DNA of 64,000 bases from NCBI GenBank assembly GCA_964572255.1, contig CAZNEE010000001.1:459587-523586 (forward strand), in the 5' to 3' direction. This DNA is from an uncultured Planctomycetia bacterium (lineage in GTDB: Bacteria > Omnitrophota > Gorgyraeia > Tantalellales > Tantalellaceae). Every line of letters begins with the position of its first letter. Within the stretch, counting starts at the first letter, position 1. This document shows, one piece after another, positions 18,658-30,236 of the stretch. Position numbers and translations under genes: made by a program. The notes under the pieces were generated by a model, which did not search any database, was not told the DNA's origin, and saw nothing but the letters and a program-made list of their open reading frames with translations.

Positions 18658-21069
18658 ATGAAAAAAAAGGAAAATGATATTTACCTGATCGATGGCAATT
18701 CTTTATGCTACAGGGCTTTTTATGCAATAAAGGGCCTCTCGACATCTAAAGGTATACCGACTAATGCCATATACGGCGTTTTAAACATGCTTCGTAAGCT
18801 TGTCAAAGAACACAGCCCTAAGATGTTGACGTTTGTATTCGACATGAAAGGCCCGACAACCCGACATGAGAAATTCAAAGAATACAAGGTGCACCGCCAA
18901 CCGATGCCGGATGACCTTATTGATCAGATGGACAGCATTAAAGAATTCATCTCTGCTTACAATATACCGATCTTCCAAAAGGAAGGTTATGAGGCCGATG
19001 ATATCATAGCTACATTGGCCGAGAAGGCGAAAGATAAAGGGCTGAGTGTGACAATAGTGACAGGGGACAAGGACGCTCTTCAATTAGTGGATAAGTTTAC
19101 CAAAGTGCTTAGTCCGCATACAACAAGCGACAAACTTTATGATCCAAAAGGGGTTCATGAAAAATACGGGATAGGCCCGGATCAGATGGTGGAATTGATG
19201 GCGCTTATGGGCGATTCAACCGACAATATTCCCGGAGTCAAGGGTGTCGGTCAGGTAACCGCTCTAAAGCTCGTAACAAAGTACGGCAGTGTTGAAAATA
19301 TATATAAAAATATAGAAAAAATAGAACCGGAATCACTAAGAAAGAAATTAAAAGAAAACAGGAAAATGGCGGAATTGAGCAGAGAACTTGTTGAGCTTGA
19401 CAGAAAAGTTCCCGTAAAATTTGATATTAAGGAAGCGCAGGTTGGTGAGCCCGATTGGGAAAAACTTGCCGAACTTTGCAGAAAATTTGAATTTAACAAG
19501 CTGCTTAAGGAAATCATGTTTAGAGGTGAAGAGCAGCCAGAACTTTTTGCAGAGAAAAGCAAAAAAGGCGTTAGTAATATAGTAGAAGTGAACGAAGGCG
19601 GAAGAACTATCAAAGTGGGGCTTGATGTTAAGTCTCTTTTGGCTTCCTCCGGGGATGGCTCAAGCAAAGCGGGAAAAGATTTTTTTGACATTATGATAGC
19701 CGATTATCTTTTGGATCCCTCACGTCCGGGACGTGATCTTACTGAGATTGTTCTTAAACCGGAATATAATATTTCACCGGGAGAAGAAAACGACACCATC
19801 TTAAAGTTATACAATAAATTAAGATCTCTTTTAGAAGAAAAAGAGCTTATTCAGCTTTTTCAGGATGTTGAAATGCCTCTTGTAAAAGTTATCGCGGATA
19901 TGGAAAAAGAAGGAGTGGGCATAGATGTACCTTGCCTTAAGGAACTTTCACAGCAGATGGAGAAAAATCTCGCGAAGACAACTAAAAAGATATATAGTCT
20001 TGCCGGGGAAGAGTTTAACATAAATTCTCCCAAGCAGCTTCAAGTTATACTTTTTGACAAGCTTGGGCTTCCGAAGGTCAAAAAAACTAAAACAGGTGCC
20101 TCTACCGACGAATCCGTATTACGTAAATTGGCAAAAAGTCATGAACTTCCGGCTGTTCTTCTGGAATACAGGGTGATGAACAAGCTTAAGACGGGATATT
20201 ATGATTCAATACTTCAGCTGGTCGATAAAAAAACACATAGGTTACACGCTAAATTTAATCAGGCGGTAACCGCGACGGGACGGTTATCGTCCAGTGAACC
20301 GAACCTGCAGAATATTCCGGTAAAGACCGATATGGGTAAAGAAATAAGACGCGCTTTTATTCCCGGGGAAAAAGACATGCTTATCCTTGCAGCGGATTAT
20401 TCACAGATAGAACTCAGGATACTGGCGCACCTCTCAGGCGATATGGAGCTTATAAAGGCGTTCGAAAAAGAAGAGGACGTTCACAGTTTCACAGCTTCCA
20501 AGATATATGGATGCAAAATGGATGAAGTTACCGGCGAGATGAGGCGCGCGGCAAAGACAATAAATTTCGGAATAATTTATGGAATGGGCCCGTTCCGCTT
20601 AGCAAAAGATCTCGAAATAGAACTCTCGGAAGCTAAGCTTTTTATTGATTCATACTTCAAACAATATGCCGGCGTTAAAGCTTTTATTGATAAGACGATC
20701 AAGGAGGCGCGCAAGAGGGGATACGTAACGACGCTTTTAAACAGAAGGCGTTACATACCGGAGATCACCAGTTCCAATGAGCGCATGAAAAGCTTTGCCG
20801 AGAGAGTGGCTGTTAACACTCCCGTTCAGGGGTCTGCTGCGGATCTTATAAAGCTGGCAATGATAGCTTGTCATGACGAGCTTTTGGAGAGTGAAACGAA
20901 AATGGTGATTCAGGTGCACGATGAACTTGTTTTTGAAGTGCCCGAGAAAGAACTGAAGAATACATCCGGCAAGATAAAAGAAATAATGGAAAGTGTTATA
21001 AAGCTGGAAGTCCCGCTTAAAGTCGACATCGAAGCCGGTAAAAATTGGCTTGATATGAAAAATATATGA
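18658..21069 (+). CDS. polA: DNA polymerase I.
   Basis: The 5' nuclease N-terminus (LIDGNSLCYRAFYA), polymerase motif A (LILAADYSQIELRILAHLSGD), motif B (RRAAKTINFGIIYGM) and motif C (QVHDELVFEV) are all present. Confidence 0.9.
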   Translation: MKKKENDIYLIDGNSLCYRAFYAIKGLSTSKGIPTNAIYGVLNMLRKLVKEHSPKMLTFVFDMKGPTTRHEKFKEYKVHRQPMPDDLIDQMDSIKEFISAYNIPIFQKEGYEADDIIATLAEKAKDKGLSVTIVTGDKDALQLVDKFTKVLSPHTTSDKLYDPKGVHEKYGIGPDQMVELMALMGDSTDNIPGVKGVGQVTALKLVTKYGSVENIYKNIEKIEPESLRKKLKENRKMAELSRELVELDRKVPVKFDIKEAQVGEPDWEKLAELCRKFEFNKLLKEIMFRGEEQPELFAEKSKKGVSNIVEVNEGGRTIKVGLDVKSLLASSGDGSSKAGKDFFDIMIADYLLDPSRPGRDLTEIVLKPEYNISPGEENDTILKLYNKLRSLLEEKELIQLFQDVEMPLVKVIADMEKEGVGIDVPCLKELSQQMEKNLAKTTKKIYSLAGEEFNINSPKQLQVILFDKLGLPKVKKTKTGASTDESVLRKLAKSHELPAVLLEYRVMNKLKTGYYDSILQLVDKKTHRLHAKFNQAVTATGRLSSSEPNLQNIPVKTDMGKEIRRAFIPGEKDMLILAADYSQIELRILAHLSGDMELIKAFEKEEDVHSFTASKIYGCKMDEVTGEMRRAAKTINFGIIYGMGPFRLAKDLEIELSEAKLFIDSYFKQYAGVKAFIDKTIKEARKRGYVTTLLNRRRYIPEITSSNERMKSFAERVAVNTPVQGSAADLIKLAMIACHDELLESETKMVIQVHDELVFEVPEKELKNTSGKIKEIMESVIKLEVPLKVDIEAGKNWLDMKNI

Positions 21070-21641
21070 AGAAGATTATAGGTATTACAGGAGGGCTGGC
21101 AACAGGCAAAACTACCGTTGCGGACATGTTCGTCCAAAAAGGCGCTGTTAAAATTGACGCGGATCGTATTGCGCACGGTCTCCTGAAAGAAGACCAAAAG
21201 ATCAGGGATAAAGTTATTGATGCCTTCGGAGAAGGAATATTGACCGGAGGAAAGATCGACAGAAAAAAACTGGCAAATATAGTTTTCAAGGATAAGGATA
21301 AGCTCAAGAAACTTACGAATATCCTTCATCCGAGGATCATTGAAAATATAAAAGAAAGGATAGAAAAGGAGGGGGATAAAATAATCGTGATAGACGCGCC
21401 GCTTCTTATGGAAGCGGGTCTTGAGGAAATGATGGACGTAATTATTGTTGTAAAAGCAGAGCGCCACACACAGATAAAAAGAGCTGTAAACCGCGGTATT
21501 TCTGAAGAAGAGGCGGAAGCGATAATAAAAAATCAGATGCCTCTTTCGGAGAAGATAAAAAAAGCCGATTATGTCATAGATAATGAAGAAAAAATAGAAA
21601 AAATAAAAGAAGGAGTGGAAAGGATATGGCAAAACGTGTAG
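21066..21641 (+). CDS. coaE: Dephospho-CoA kinase.
   Basis: The P-loop [19 protein letters not shown] is present in a 191-aa product. Confidence 0.8.
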   Translation: MKKIIGITGGLATGKTTVADMFVQKGAVKIDADRIAHGLLKEDQKIRDKVIDAFGEGILTGGKIDRKKLANIVFKDKDKLKKLTNILHPRIIENIKERIEKEGDKIIVIDAPLLMEAGLEEMMDVIIVVKAERHTQIKRAVNRGISEEEAEAIIKNQMPLSEKIKKADYVIDNEEKIEKIKEGVERIWQNV

Positions 21642-22921
21642 ACAATAAAAAAACAAGCGACAAGCAAGAGCTGGATATCGTTCAGCTGAAGAACATGAAT
21701 ATATCCGAGCTGACGGATCTGGCAAAAAAACTTAACATCAACGGCATAAGCACGCTGAAAAAACACGATCTTATTTTCAAGATACTCCAGGCAAAGATCG
21801 AGAAGAACGGCCTTGCTTACGGGGAAGGAGTGCTTGAGGTCCTTGAAGACGGATTCGGTTTCTTGAGAAGTCCGGATTATAATTACCTTCCGTGCCCTGA
21901 CGATATTTACGTATCGCCTTCGCAGATACGCAGGTTCAATCTGAAGACAGGCGATACAGTGAGCGGCCAGATCAGGCCTCCGAAAGAAGGGGAAAGATAT
22001 TTCGCTCTTCTTAAGGTAGAGGCCGTAAACTTTGAAAATCCGGAAGTGGCCAAGAATAAGATCTTTTTCGAGAACCTGACACCGCTTTATCCGGAGGACC
22101 GGTTTGTGCTCGAAACCGCGCCGGATGAAATATCGATGAGGGTCATGGATCTTCTCACTCCCGTGGGGAGAGGGCAGAGGGGGCTGATCGTTGCGCCTCC
22201 TTACAGCGGGAAGACCGTTTTTCTCCAGAAATTCGCCAACAGCATCACGACGAATTGTCCGGATGTAAAACTTTTTATCCTCCTTATAGATGAGCGTCCG
22301 GAAGAGGTCACTGACATGCAAAGGTCTGTTAATGCGGAGGTTATCAGCTCAACATTTGATGAACCGGCACAGCGCCATACGCAGGTAGCGGAAATGGTCC
22401 TTGAAAAAGCGAAAAGGCTTGTAGAGCATCAGTACGATGTTGTTATCCTTCTGGATTCCATTACACGTCTTGCCCGCGCATACAACACTGTTCAGCCCCA
22501 TTCCGGCAAGATACTTACAGGCGGCGTTGATTCAAATGCGCTTCATAAGCCTAAGAGGTTCTTCGGAGCTGCCAGGAATGTCGAAGAAGGAGGCAGTCTC
22601 ACAATAGTCGCTACGGCTTTGGTTGACACCGGCAGCCGCATGGATGAAGTTATATTCGAAGAGTTCAAAGGCACGGGTAACATGGAAATGCAGCTTGACA
22701 GGTCTCTCTTCCAGAGGAGGATATATCCGGCAATAGACATAAAGAGGTCTAATACCCGCAAGGAAGAGCTTCTTGTCGACCAGGATGAGCTCCAGAGAAT
22801 ATGGCTTATGCGTAAGGCATTGAGCGATCTTGATTCGGTTGAAGCCATGCAGCTGTTGATAGACCGCCTTAGGAAGACAAAAACGAACAAGGAGTTCCTC
22901 GAGAACATGAACAAGGAATAA
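21626..22921 (+). CDS. rho: Transcription termination factor Rho.
   Basis: The product has an N-terminal OB-fold RNA-binding domain, the Walker A motif APPYSGKT, and Q/R-loop conservation. It is 431 aa. Confidence 0.9.
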   Translation: MAKRVDNKKTSDKQELDIVQLKNMNISELTDLAKKLNINGISTLKKHDLIFKILQAKIEKNGLAYGEGVLEVLEDGFGFLRSPDYNYLPCPDDIYVSPSQIRRFNLKTGDTVSGQIRPPKEGERYFALLKVEAVNFENPEVAKNKIFFENLTPLYPEDRFVLETAPDEISMRVMDLLTPVGRGQRGLIVAPPYSGKTVFLQKFANSITTNCPDVKLFILLIDERPEEVTDMQRSVNAEVISSTFDEPAQRHTQVAEMVLEKAKRLVEHQYDVVILLDSITRLARAYNTVQPHSGKILTGGVDSNALHKPKRFFGAARNVEEGGSLTIVATALVDTGSRMDEVIFEEFKGTGNMEMQLDRSLFQRRIYPAIDIKRSNTRKEELLVDQDELQRIWLMRKALSDLDSVEAMQLLIDRLRKTKTNKEFLENMNKE

Positions 22922-22993
22922 TGCTTGATATTTCTATAATATATAGTAAAATAATTACTCTTTTGTATTTTTAATAATTAAGGAGGGTTAAAA

Positions 22994-23314
22994 GTGAAAA
23001 AAGGTATACATCCTGAATACAAGGAAACGACAATTGTATGTGCCTGCGGTAATGTATTGCACACACGTTCAACAAAAGAAAACATTCACGTAGAAATATG
23101 CTCAAATTGTCATCCTTTCTTTACGGGAAAGCAAAAACTTATTGATTCAGCCGGGATGGTGGAAAAGTTCAAAAAACGTTACGAAGGCAAGAAAGCCGCC
23201 AAGCCAAAACCTGAGAAAAAAGAGTCTCAAGGTAATGCAAACAAAGAAGTTAAGAAAGATCTCGGCTCGCTCAAGATAGAAGATACTGACCAGAAGACAG
23301 AAGACAAAAGTTAA
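22994..23314 (+). CDS. rpmE: 50S ribosomal protein L31 with a Lys/Glu-rich C-terminal extension.
   Basis: The N-terminus [21 protein letters not shown]...[13 protein letters not shown] is typical of L31. The start is GTG after the ribosome-binding site AAGGAGGG. Confidence 0.8.
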   Translation: MKKGIHPEYKETTIVCACGNVLHTRSTKENIHVEICSNCHPFFTGKQKLIDSAGMVEKFKKRYEGKKAAKPKPEKKESQGNANKEVKKDLGSLKIEDTDQKTEDKS

Positions 23315-23337
23315 CTTAAATTCAACGAAAACATCTG

Positions 23338-24408
23338 ATGTTTGAAGAACTTAAGAGAAAAAAAGAGCTTTACCATAAGCTCGAGAAAGATCTGTCTTCT
23401 CCCGAATGTCTTTCCGATCGTGAGCAGTACAAGAAGAAGTCTAAGGAGTATGCTGACCTAAAAGAGCTTATTGCTGAATACGACAGGTATCTCATGCTCG
23501 AGAGAGAAAAAGAGTCTCTGGCGAAGATGCTTGAAGATGAAGCCGAGAACAGCGAATACGCCCAGCTGGCGCAAAAAGAGCTGGAAGGCGTGCTCCAGGC
23601 AATAGAAAAGAAGACCAAGCAGCTTGAAGATCTTTTGCTTCAAGAGGACACGCCGGAATACAAACGAAATGCCATCATGGAAATAAGGGCCGGTACCGGC
23701 GGCACGGAAGCGAGTCTATTTGCCGCGGATCTTTATAAGATGTACACGAAATATGCCGCTAACAAGGGCTGGAAAACATCCGTCATCAGTTCCAGCGGAT
23801 CGGAATTAGGCGGCATAAAAGAGATCATATTTTCTGTTGAAGGACATAGCGTATTTAAGCACCTTAGATTTGAAATGGGAACTCACAGGGTACAGCGTGT
23901 TCCGGAAACAGAAGCAAGCGGACGCATACATACTTCCGCGGCGACGGTAGCTGTTCTGCCGGAGGCGGAAGATGTTGATGTGGAGATCAATCCACAGGAT
24001 CTGAGAATTGATGTTTATAGAGCTTCGGGAGCCGGCGGTCAGCATGTAAATGTGACCGATTCGGCGGTGAGGATAACTCACGAACCCACAGGGATCGTGG
24101 TGAGCTGCCAGGATGAACGCAGCCAGCATAAAAATAAAGCGAAAGCCATGCGCGTTCTAAAAGCGCGCATTTTAGAAGAGATGACCAGGAGACAGCAGCA
24201 GGAGATCTCTGAAAAAAGAAAAAAACAGGTAGGATCGGGCGACAGGTCAGAAAAGATACGCACGTATAATTTCCCCGAGAACAGGGTTACTGATCACAGA
24301 ATAAACCTTTCCCTGTACAATCTCGCGAATATTATTGAAGGCGATCTTGACGAATTGATAGATTCGCTTGAAGAAGAAGACAGAAACTTAAAGCTTAAGA
24401 GCGTGTAA
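23338..24408 (+). CDS. prfA: Peptide chain release factor 1.
   Basis: The GGQ motif ([11 protein letters not shown]) and the RF1-type PxT motif region are present in a 356-aa product. Confidence 0.9.
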   Translation: MFEELKRKKELYHKLEKDLSSPECLSDREQYKKKSKEYADLKELIAEYDRYLMLEREKESLAKMLEDEAENSEYAQLAQKELEGVLQAIEKKTKQLEDLLLQEDTPEYKRNAIMEIRAGTGGTEASLFAADLYKMYTKYAANKGWKTSVISSSGSELGGIKEIIFSVEGHSVFKHLRFEMGTHRVQRVPETEASGRIHTSAATVAVLPEAEDVDVEINPQDLRIDVYRASGAGGQHVNVTDSAVRITHEPTGIVVSCQDERSQHKNKAKAMRVLKARILEEMTRRQQQEISEKRKKQVGSGDRSEKIRTYNFPENRVTDHRINLSLYNLANIIEGDLDELIDSLEEEDRNLKLKSV

Positions 24409-25103
24409 TGAGAATTTATTCCGAAACAGTTCCGGTGCAGTACGAAGAAGGCAGAACTCACTTTTGCGGAATGGATATCCTGGTCGATGAAAGGGTATTT
24501 ATCCCGCGGCCGGAAACGGAACTGGTGGTATCAACAGTTATCGATCTTTGTCAGAAAAAAAGTTTAAAGGATCCGTTCATACTTGATGTGTGTACGGGAA
24601 GCGGGGCGATATCGATAGCGCTGGCTAAGCATGTTCCCTCATCCCGGGTGATAGCCGTGGATATCTCGGAAGATGCCCTGCAAGTTGCCCGGGCAAATGC
24701 AGTCAGAGCGGGAGTTGAGAAAAGCATAACTTTTTTCCGTTCCGATATGTTCGGCGCTTTATGTCCGGATTATAAAGGGATGTTTGATGCAGTGGTTTCA
24801 AATCCGCCTTATGTATCAGCCGGTGATTATCAAAAAGCGGATGCCTGGGTCAAGGCGGAACCCGAAATAGCTCTATTGGCAGGCGATGAGGGCATGGATC
24901 ACTTGAATATTTTGGCTGAGGAAAGCGGAGACTTTCTTAAAGCGGGAGGATTTCTGGCGGTCGAGATCGGGTACGACCAGTCAGAAAAGGTCAAAAGAGC
25001 TTTTTTATCCGCGGGCTATGAAAATATAAGCCCGCACAAGGATTTCAACGGTTACGAACGTGTTATAACCGGAGAAAAGCCTCAGCGGAAAGAGATATAT
25101 TAA
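24408..25103 (+). CDS. prmC: Release factor glutamine methyltransferase.
   Basis: The SAM-binding motif ILDVCTGSGAISIALA and the NPPY motif (VVSNPPYVS) are present. The gene follows prfA. Confidence 0.8.
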   Translation: MRIYSETVPVQYEEGRTHFCGMDILVDERVFIPRPETELVVSTVIDLCQKKSLKDPFILDVCTGSGAISIALAKHVPSSRVIAVDISEDALQVARANAVRAGVEKSITFFRSDMFGALCPDYKGMFDAVVSNPPYVSAGDYQKADAWVKAEPEIALLAGDEGMDHLNILAEESGDFLKAGGFLAVEIGYDQSEKVKRAFLSAGYENISPHKDFNGYERVITGEKPQRKEIY

Positions 25104-25118
25104 ATTAGGATTTGTGGA

Positions 25119-25191
25119 TTTGCTTGTTATGTTTCGTACAGGGAGGATCCACACCGGGCGGAGGGGCCCTGGTAGAAATATAACAAGCAAA
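25119..25191. repeat. Intergenic hairpin element carrying the conserved 29-nt core (copy B; core at 25141-25169, GGGAGGATCCACACCGGGCGGAGGGGCCC).
   Basis: The 12-bp flanking stem TTTGCTTGTTAT / ATAACAAGCAAA encloses the core. The core differs from copy A by a single T to C change. Confidence 0.5.
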
Positions 25192-25208
25192 TTGAGAGAT
25201 GCGAATTT

Positions 25209-26474
25209 ATGGATAAATTATTAGTAGAGGGCGGCAGGAGATTAAAGGGAAGCATAAAGGTGAGCGGCGCTAAGAACGCTTGTCTTCCGATAATGGCGGC
25301 GTCACTTTTGACCGGCGAATCCTGCACGATAAGGAACATCCCGGACCTTAAAGATGTCTCTACAATGATAGAGATATTGGCGGCTTTAGGGCGCAAGGTC
25401 AAACGTGAAGGTGACGTGCTTCGCATTGAAGAAGGCGAGGCAACCAGCCAGACAGCTCCTTATGAACTGGTAAGCACAATGCGCGCTTCCATCGTTGTTT
25501 TGGGGCCGCTCCTTTCGAGGTACGGAAAAGCAAGGGTTTCTTTCCCGGGCGGATGCGTGATCGGCCCAAGGCCGATCGATCTGCATTTAAAGGGATTGAG
25601 AGCGCTCGGTGCCGATATCCGGATCGATGAAGGATACATTGTTGCCGGCGCGAAGAAGCTCAAGGGGACCAGAATTTATCTGGGCGGGCATTTCGGATCA
25701 AGCGTTCTTGCGACAGCAAACACGCTCATGGGGGCGGTTCTGGCAGAAGAAGAGACTGTCATAGAAAATGCCGCATGCGAACCCGAGGTAGTGGACCTGG
25801 CGAATTTTCTGATCGCAATGGGAGCGTACATAAAAGGCACCGGAACGCCGACGATCAGGGTTAAAGGAGTGGATAAATTAAGAGGTGTTGATTATTCCAT
25901 CGTTCCGGACAGGATTGAAGCCGGAACTTATATGATAGCCGGTGTTTTGACTGACGGAAGGCTCTTTCTTGAAAATGCAAGATTGGAGCATAACCTTGCT
26001 TTGGTGGACAAACTTCAGGAATGCGGCGCGGCGGTTGAAGAGAAGGAGAACGGGCTGGATGTCTACAGGAACACCAGAACCGTCCGGCCTACGGATATAA
26101 CGACTCTTACATATCCGGGGTTCCCGACCGATCTGCAGGCGCAGATAATGAGTCTATTGACATTAAGTGACGGCATCAGCGTAATTACGGAAAAAGTATA
26201 TCCTGAAAGATTTATACATATAAGCGAGCTCAACAGGATGGGAGCGAACATCATCCTTGAAGGTTCAACCGCTATTATCAAGGGCGTCAAGAGATTAAGC
26301 GGCGCGCCGGTAATGGCATCGGACCTAAGGGCCTCCGCGGCGCTTATACTTGCCGGCCTTGTTGCCGAAGGCGCTACCGAGATCTCCAGGATATATCACT
26401 TAGACAGAGGTTACGAGCATATAGAAGACAAACTATCGGCTGTAGGAGCAAAGATAGAAAGAATAAAAGAGTAA
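25209..26474 (+). CDS. murA: UDP-N-acetylglucosamine 1-carboxyvinyltransferase.
   Basis: The N-terminus LLVEGGRRLKGSIKVSGAKNA is typical of MurA. The product is 421 aa. Confidence 0.9.
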   Translation: MDKLLVEGGRRLKGSIKVSGAKNACLPIMAASLLTGESCTIRNIPDLKDVSTMIEILAALGRKVKREGDVLRIEEGEATSQTAPYELVSTMRASIVVLGPLLSRYGKARVSFPGGCVIGPRPIDLHLKGLRALGADIRIDEGYIVAGAKKLKGTRIYLGGHFGSSVLATANTLMGAVLAEEETVIENAACEPEVVDLANFLIAMGAYIKGTGTPTIRVKGVDKLRGVDYSIVPDRIEAGTYMIAGVLTDGRLFLENARLEHNLALVDKLQECGAAVEEKENGLDVYRNTRTVRPTDITTLTYPGFPTDLQAQIMSLLTLSDGISVITEKVYPERFIHISELNRMGANIILEGSTAIIKGVKRLSGAPVMASDLRASAALILAGLVAEGATEISRIYHLDRGYEHIEDKLSAVGAKIERIKE

Positions 26475-26488
26475 AAGGAGGAAAGCGA

Positions 26489-26728
26489 ATGTCAGTTGTT
26501 ATAAGGCTGAAAAGATTTGGTTCCATAAAAAAACCTTTTTACCGCATAGTGGCGGCGGATAAATCAGCGAAAAGGGACGGAAGGTTCCTTGAAGAGCTGG
26601 GCCACTATGATCCGAAAAAGGGCCAGGACAATATCGCTCTTGATAGAGAACGTGTTGAATATTGGCTGAAAAATGGAGCTAAACCGTCTGAGACGGTAAA
26701 AAGTATCCTTAAAAAACTTGAAATATAA
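26489..26728 (+). CDS. rpsP: 30S ribosomal protein S16.
   Basis: The N-terminus [42 protein letters not shown] is typical of S16. Confidence 0.9.
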   Translation: MSVVIRLKRFGSIKKPFYRIVAADKSAKRDGRFLEELGHYDPKKGQDNIALDRERVEYWLKNGAKPSETVKSILKKLEI

Positions 26729-26745
26729 CAAGTAAGAATCTCAAG

Positions 26746-27489
26746 ATGAAGATAGACATTTTGACATTGTTCCCGGAGATGTTCAAAGGCGTTTTCAGCG
26801 AGTCGATGATAAAGATCGCCCGCAAAAAAGGTCTTGCTGATATCGAGATCCATGATCTCCGAAAGTGGACTTTTGATAACCACAGAACGGCTGATGATAA
26901 GCCGTTTGGAGGAGGTCCGGGCATGGTCATGAAAGTAGAGCCGGTCGATCTTGCTCTTGGCCAGATAAGAGGCAAAGCCGGAGGTAAAAAGACGAGGGTC
27001 ATACTTCTTACCCCGCAGGGCAGGAAATTCGACCAGTCCGCCGCAAGAGATCTTTCCGCGCTCGAACACATTATACTGATCTGCGGACATTATGAGGGAG
27101 TGGACGAGAGAGTGCGTGAATTGGTCGATATGGAATTATCGATAGGAGATTACATTTTAACTTGCGGAGAGATACCGGCCATGGTCTTATGCGATGCGGT
27201 GATCCGTCTTATCCCCGGAGTACTCGGAGACGAAGAGTCGCTTTTGGACGAATCTTTTGAGAACGGAATTTTGGAGTATCCGCAATATACAAGGCCCGCG
27301 GTATACAAACAGATGAAAGTCCCGGAGATCCTTTTAAGCGGTGATCATGACAAAATAGAGGCCTGGAGGAAAGAAGAGGCCCTCAAAAGAACTAAAGAAA
27401 GAAGACCGGACCTATTATCAATTGGGGGACAGTCCCCCAGGGGACAGGCCTCGTATTTAAAAGGAGAGAAAAATGAACCAAAAAGTTAA
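26746..27489 (+). CDS. trmD: tRNA (guanine37-N1)-methyltransferase.
   Basis: The N-terminus [13 protein letters not shown] and the motif GGGPGMVMK are present. The rpsP-trmD-rplS order is conserved. Confidence 0.9.
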   Translation: MKIDILTLFPEMFKGVFSESMIKIARKKGLADIEIHDLRKWTFDNHRTADDKPFGGGPGMVMKVEPVDLALGQIRGKAGGKKTRVILLTPQGRKFDQSAARDLSALEHIILICGHYEGVDERVRELVDMELSIGDYILTCGEIPAMVLCDAVIRLIPGVLGDEESLLDESFENGILEYPQYTRPAVYKQMKVPEILLSGDHDKIEAWRKEEALKRTKERRPDLLSIGGQSPRGQASYLKGEKNEPKS

Positions 27490-27820
27490 GGACCTTGAGA
27501 AAAGATATACCAGAAGCGATATCCCGAAGTTTAATATAGGGGATAATATCGATGTTCATTTTCGTATCAAAGAAGAGAACAAGGTGCGTGTTCAGGTATT
27601 CAGCGGCATAGTTATCGGCCAAGGCGGAAGAGGAGTGAACAGGTCTTTCACGGTAAGAAGAATATCTTACGGGGAAGGCGTGGAAAGGACTTTTCCGTTC
27701 AATTCGCCGCTTATCGATAAGGTAGAACTTAAGAAAAAGGGTAAGGTCAGACGCGCCAAGCTTTATTATCTCAGAGGGAGAAAAGGTAAAAGAGCCACCA
27801 AGGTCAGGGAAAAAGTCTGA
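27473..27820 (+). CDS. rplS: 50S ribosomal protein L19.
   Basis: The stretch [48 protein letters not shown] is typical of L19. Confidence 0.9.
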   Translation: MNQKVKDLEKRYTRSDIPKFNIGDNIDVHFRIKEENKVRVQVFSGIVIGQGGRGVNRSFTVRRISYGEGVERTFPFNSPLIDKVELKKKGKVRRAKLYYLRGRKGKRATKVREKV

Positions 27821-27874
27821 GAGACTGCGAAGACTTTTCCCCGTATTGGCTTTTAAAAGGGGTCAGGGAGAAGA

Positions 27875-28510
27875 TTGGCCAGAAAAACAACGCCGAATAA
27901 CCGCAAGATCAATTTGCATTACGAAAGAAAAGCGGCGGACGACGGGTATAAACTCGTGGCCGGCATTGATGAAGCCGGCAGAGGCTGTCTTGCCGGTCCG
28001 GTCGCGGCAGCGGCGGTGATCGTCCTTGATGCGGGTTTTGAAGAACGGATAGACGATTCCAAAAAGCTCACCTCCAGGATGAGGGAAAAGGCATATATAG
28101 ATATCCTTAAAAGGTGTCATGTCGGGATCGGAATAGCAAGCATTGAGGAAATAGACAGACTTAATATTTTAAATGCGACGCTTTTGGCGATGAAACGCGC
28201 CATAAACGAGCTTGATAAAAGGCCGGATTACCTGTTAATTGACGGTAAAATGGATATTCATACTTCACATGACAGAACTTACCTGGTGGGGGGAGAAGCA
28301 AAAAGCGCATCAATAGCCTGTGCATCGATCATAGCCAAAGTTTTTCGTGACAAGCTTATGACAGAGATGGATAAAAAATATCCGCAGTACGGTTTTAAAA
28401 AACATAAAGGATACGGTACGGCCGAACATATGGAAGCTATAAGAAGGCACGGCCTTTCTTCCGTGCACCGCCAGACATTCGGCCCTTTCGGAAGTAAATC
28501 TTCAAAATAA
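27875..28510 (+). CDS. rnhB: Ribonuclease HII.
   Basis: The motif AGIDEAGRGCLAGPV and catalytic DGK/DSK residues are present. Confidence 0.85.
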   Translation: MARKTTPNNRKINLHYERKAADDGYKLVAGIDEAGRGCLAGPVAAAAVIVLDAGFEERIDDSKKLTSRMREKAYIDILKRCHVGIGIASIEEIDRLNILNATLLAMKRAINELDKRPDYLLIDGKMDIHTSHDRTYLVGGEAKSASIACASIIAKVFRDKLMTEMDKKYPQYGFKKHKGYGTAEHMEAIRRHGLSSVHRQTFGPFGSKSSK

Positions 28511-28529
28511 TAAAAAAGGAGCAATTCTT

Positions 28530-30236
28530 ATGAGTTATAGTTACGATGTAAAAGCGGCATCCGAGGTCAAGCTGAAAGATATCGCCGATATCGCCAGAAA
28601 GATCGGCATTCCGGCAAAAGAAATAACAAAGTACGGGAATCACATTGCTAAAGTTTCCGCTGATCTTCTGAAAAGCAAACTAAAAAGCCGCAAAAACGGA
28701 AAACTTATCATGGTGACATCGATAACTCCGACGCATCTTGGCGAAGGTAAGACTGTCAATACTATCGGACTCTCCATGGCCTTGAACAAACTGAATAAAA
28801 AGGCGATCGCGTGTGTAAGGCAGCCTTCCATCGGACCGGTTTTCGGGCTTAAAGGAGGAGCTGCCGGAGGAGGTTATTCCCAGATTTTACCGGCTGAGAA
28901 CATCAATCTTCATCTTACGGGGGATTCCTACGCGGTCACTGCCGCCCAGAACCTTTGCGCGGCCTTTCTTGACAACGGCCTTTTCTGGGGAAGCAAGCAC
29001 GGAATGGATAAAGAAAATGTTACGTGGAAAAGGGTCCTGGATATAAATGATCGTTCTCTAAGGAACGTTACCATAGGCGGAGGGGGCAAACTTCACGGTA
29101 TAAGCCGCAGGACGAGTTTTGATATAACTCCCGCCGGTGAATGTATGGCGGTTCTTTCGCTTGCTGAGGACCTTAAAAAACTTCGCGCACGCATCGGCAA
29201 GATTGTCGTAGGTTTTGACAAAAGCGGCAAGCCGGTCACTACAGAGGATATCGGTGTTGCCGGTGCCATGACGGTACTCTTGAAAGACGCACTCAATCCT
29301 AATCTTCTTCAGACGATTGAACATACGCCATGCTTTGTGCATACAGGCACATTTGCCAATGTTTCGCACGGCTCAAGTTCGGTAGTCGCCGATCTCATGG
29401 CGCTGAAACTCGCCGATTATGCGATAACTGAGACAGGTTTCGGCGCGGATCTGGGCGCTGAAAAATTTTTCGATATCAAGTGCCGTCAATCCGGGGTGAA
29501 ACCCGATGTAGCGGTTATCAACTGTTCCGTAAGGGCGTTAAAAGTACACAGCGGCGATTATGATTTTAAAGGGTCATTGGTCCCGGCCAGCCTGAAGAAA
29601 GAAGATCTTTCCGCTGTTGACAGAGGCTGTTCGAATCTGGAAAAACAGGTTGAAAACCTGAAGATGTTCGGAGTTCCCATCGTGGTATGCATAAACAGGT
29701 TCGATCAGGATACAAAGAAGGAGCTGGATATAGTCATAAATCGCGCCAAGGCGTTGGGGGTAAACGGCATAGCGATCAGTGAAGTATATAAGAACGGAAG
29801 CAAGGGAGGGGTCGAACTTGCCAAGGCAGTAATGGAAGCGTCTAAAGAAAAATCAAAGTTCCGTTATCTTTATCCGTTGGATATGAGCATCAAAAATAAA
29901 ATAGAGCGGATAGCCAAGTCCATGTACGGCGCAAGTGAAGTAAAATATTCGGAAACAGCGGAAGGGCAGGTAGAAAGAATAGAAAAAGCGGGATATGGCG
30001 ATGACCTGTCGATATGCATGGCAAAAACGCATCTTTCGCTTTCGAATAATCCCAACAAGAAAGGCCGCCCGAGAGGCTTTAAGCTCGGCGTGGAAGAGGT
30101 GGAGCTTGAGGCCGGAGCGGGATACGTTACGGTTAAATGCGAGGGTGTTAACACAATGCCGGGGCTTCCCAAGAACCCGCGCGGCATGAATATTAACGTT
30201 GAAGTTAAAACAGGAGAGATAAAGGGGCTGATATGA
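28530..30236 (+). CDS. fhs: Formate--tetrahydrofolate ligase.
   Basis: The 568-aa product has the motifs TPTHLGEGKTVNTIGL and GFGADLGAEKFFDIKCR. Confidence 0.9.
   Translation: MSYSYDVKAASEVKLKDIADIARKIGIPAKEITKYGNHIAKVSADLLKSKLKSRKNGKLIMVTSITPTHLGEGKTVNTIGLSMALNKLNKKAIACVRQPSIGPVFGLKGGAAGGGYSQILPAENINLHLTGDSYAVTAAQNLCAAFLDNGLFWGSKHGMDKENVTWKRVLDINDRSLRNVTIGGGGKLHGISRRTSFDITPAGECMAVLSLAEDLKKLRARIGKIVVGFDKSGKPVTTEDIGVAGAMTVLLKDALNPNLLQTIEHTPCFVHTGTFANVSHGSSSVVADLMALKLADYAITETGFGADLGAEKFFDIKCRQSGVKPDVAVINCSVRALKVHSGDYDFKGSLVPASLKKEDLSAVDRGCSNLEKQVENLKMFGVPIVVCINRFDQDTKKELDIVINRAKALGVNGIAISEVYKNGSKGGVELAKAVMEASKEKSKFRYLYPLDMSIKNKIERIAKSMYGASEVKYSETAEGQVERIEKAGYGDDLSICMAKTHLSLSNNPNKKGRPRGFKLGVEEVELEAGAGYVTVKCEGVNTMPGLPKNPRGMNINVEVKTGEIKGLI

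Noticed and set aside
27821-27874. Small palindrome AGTCTGAGAGACT...GAAGACTTTTCC after rplS, considered as an intrinsic terminator.
   Set aside because: The stem is only 4-5 bp with no clear U-tract, which is too weak to call.
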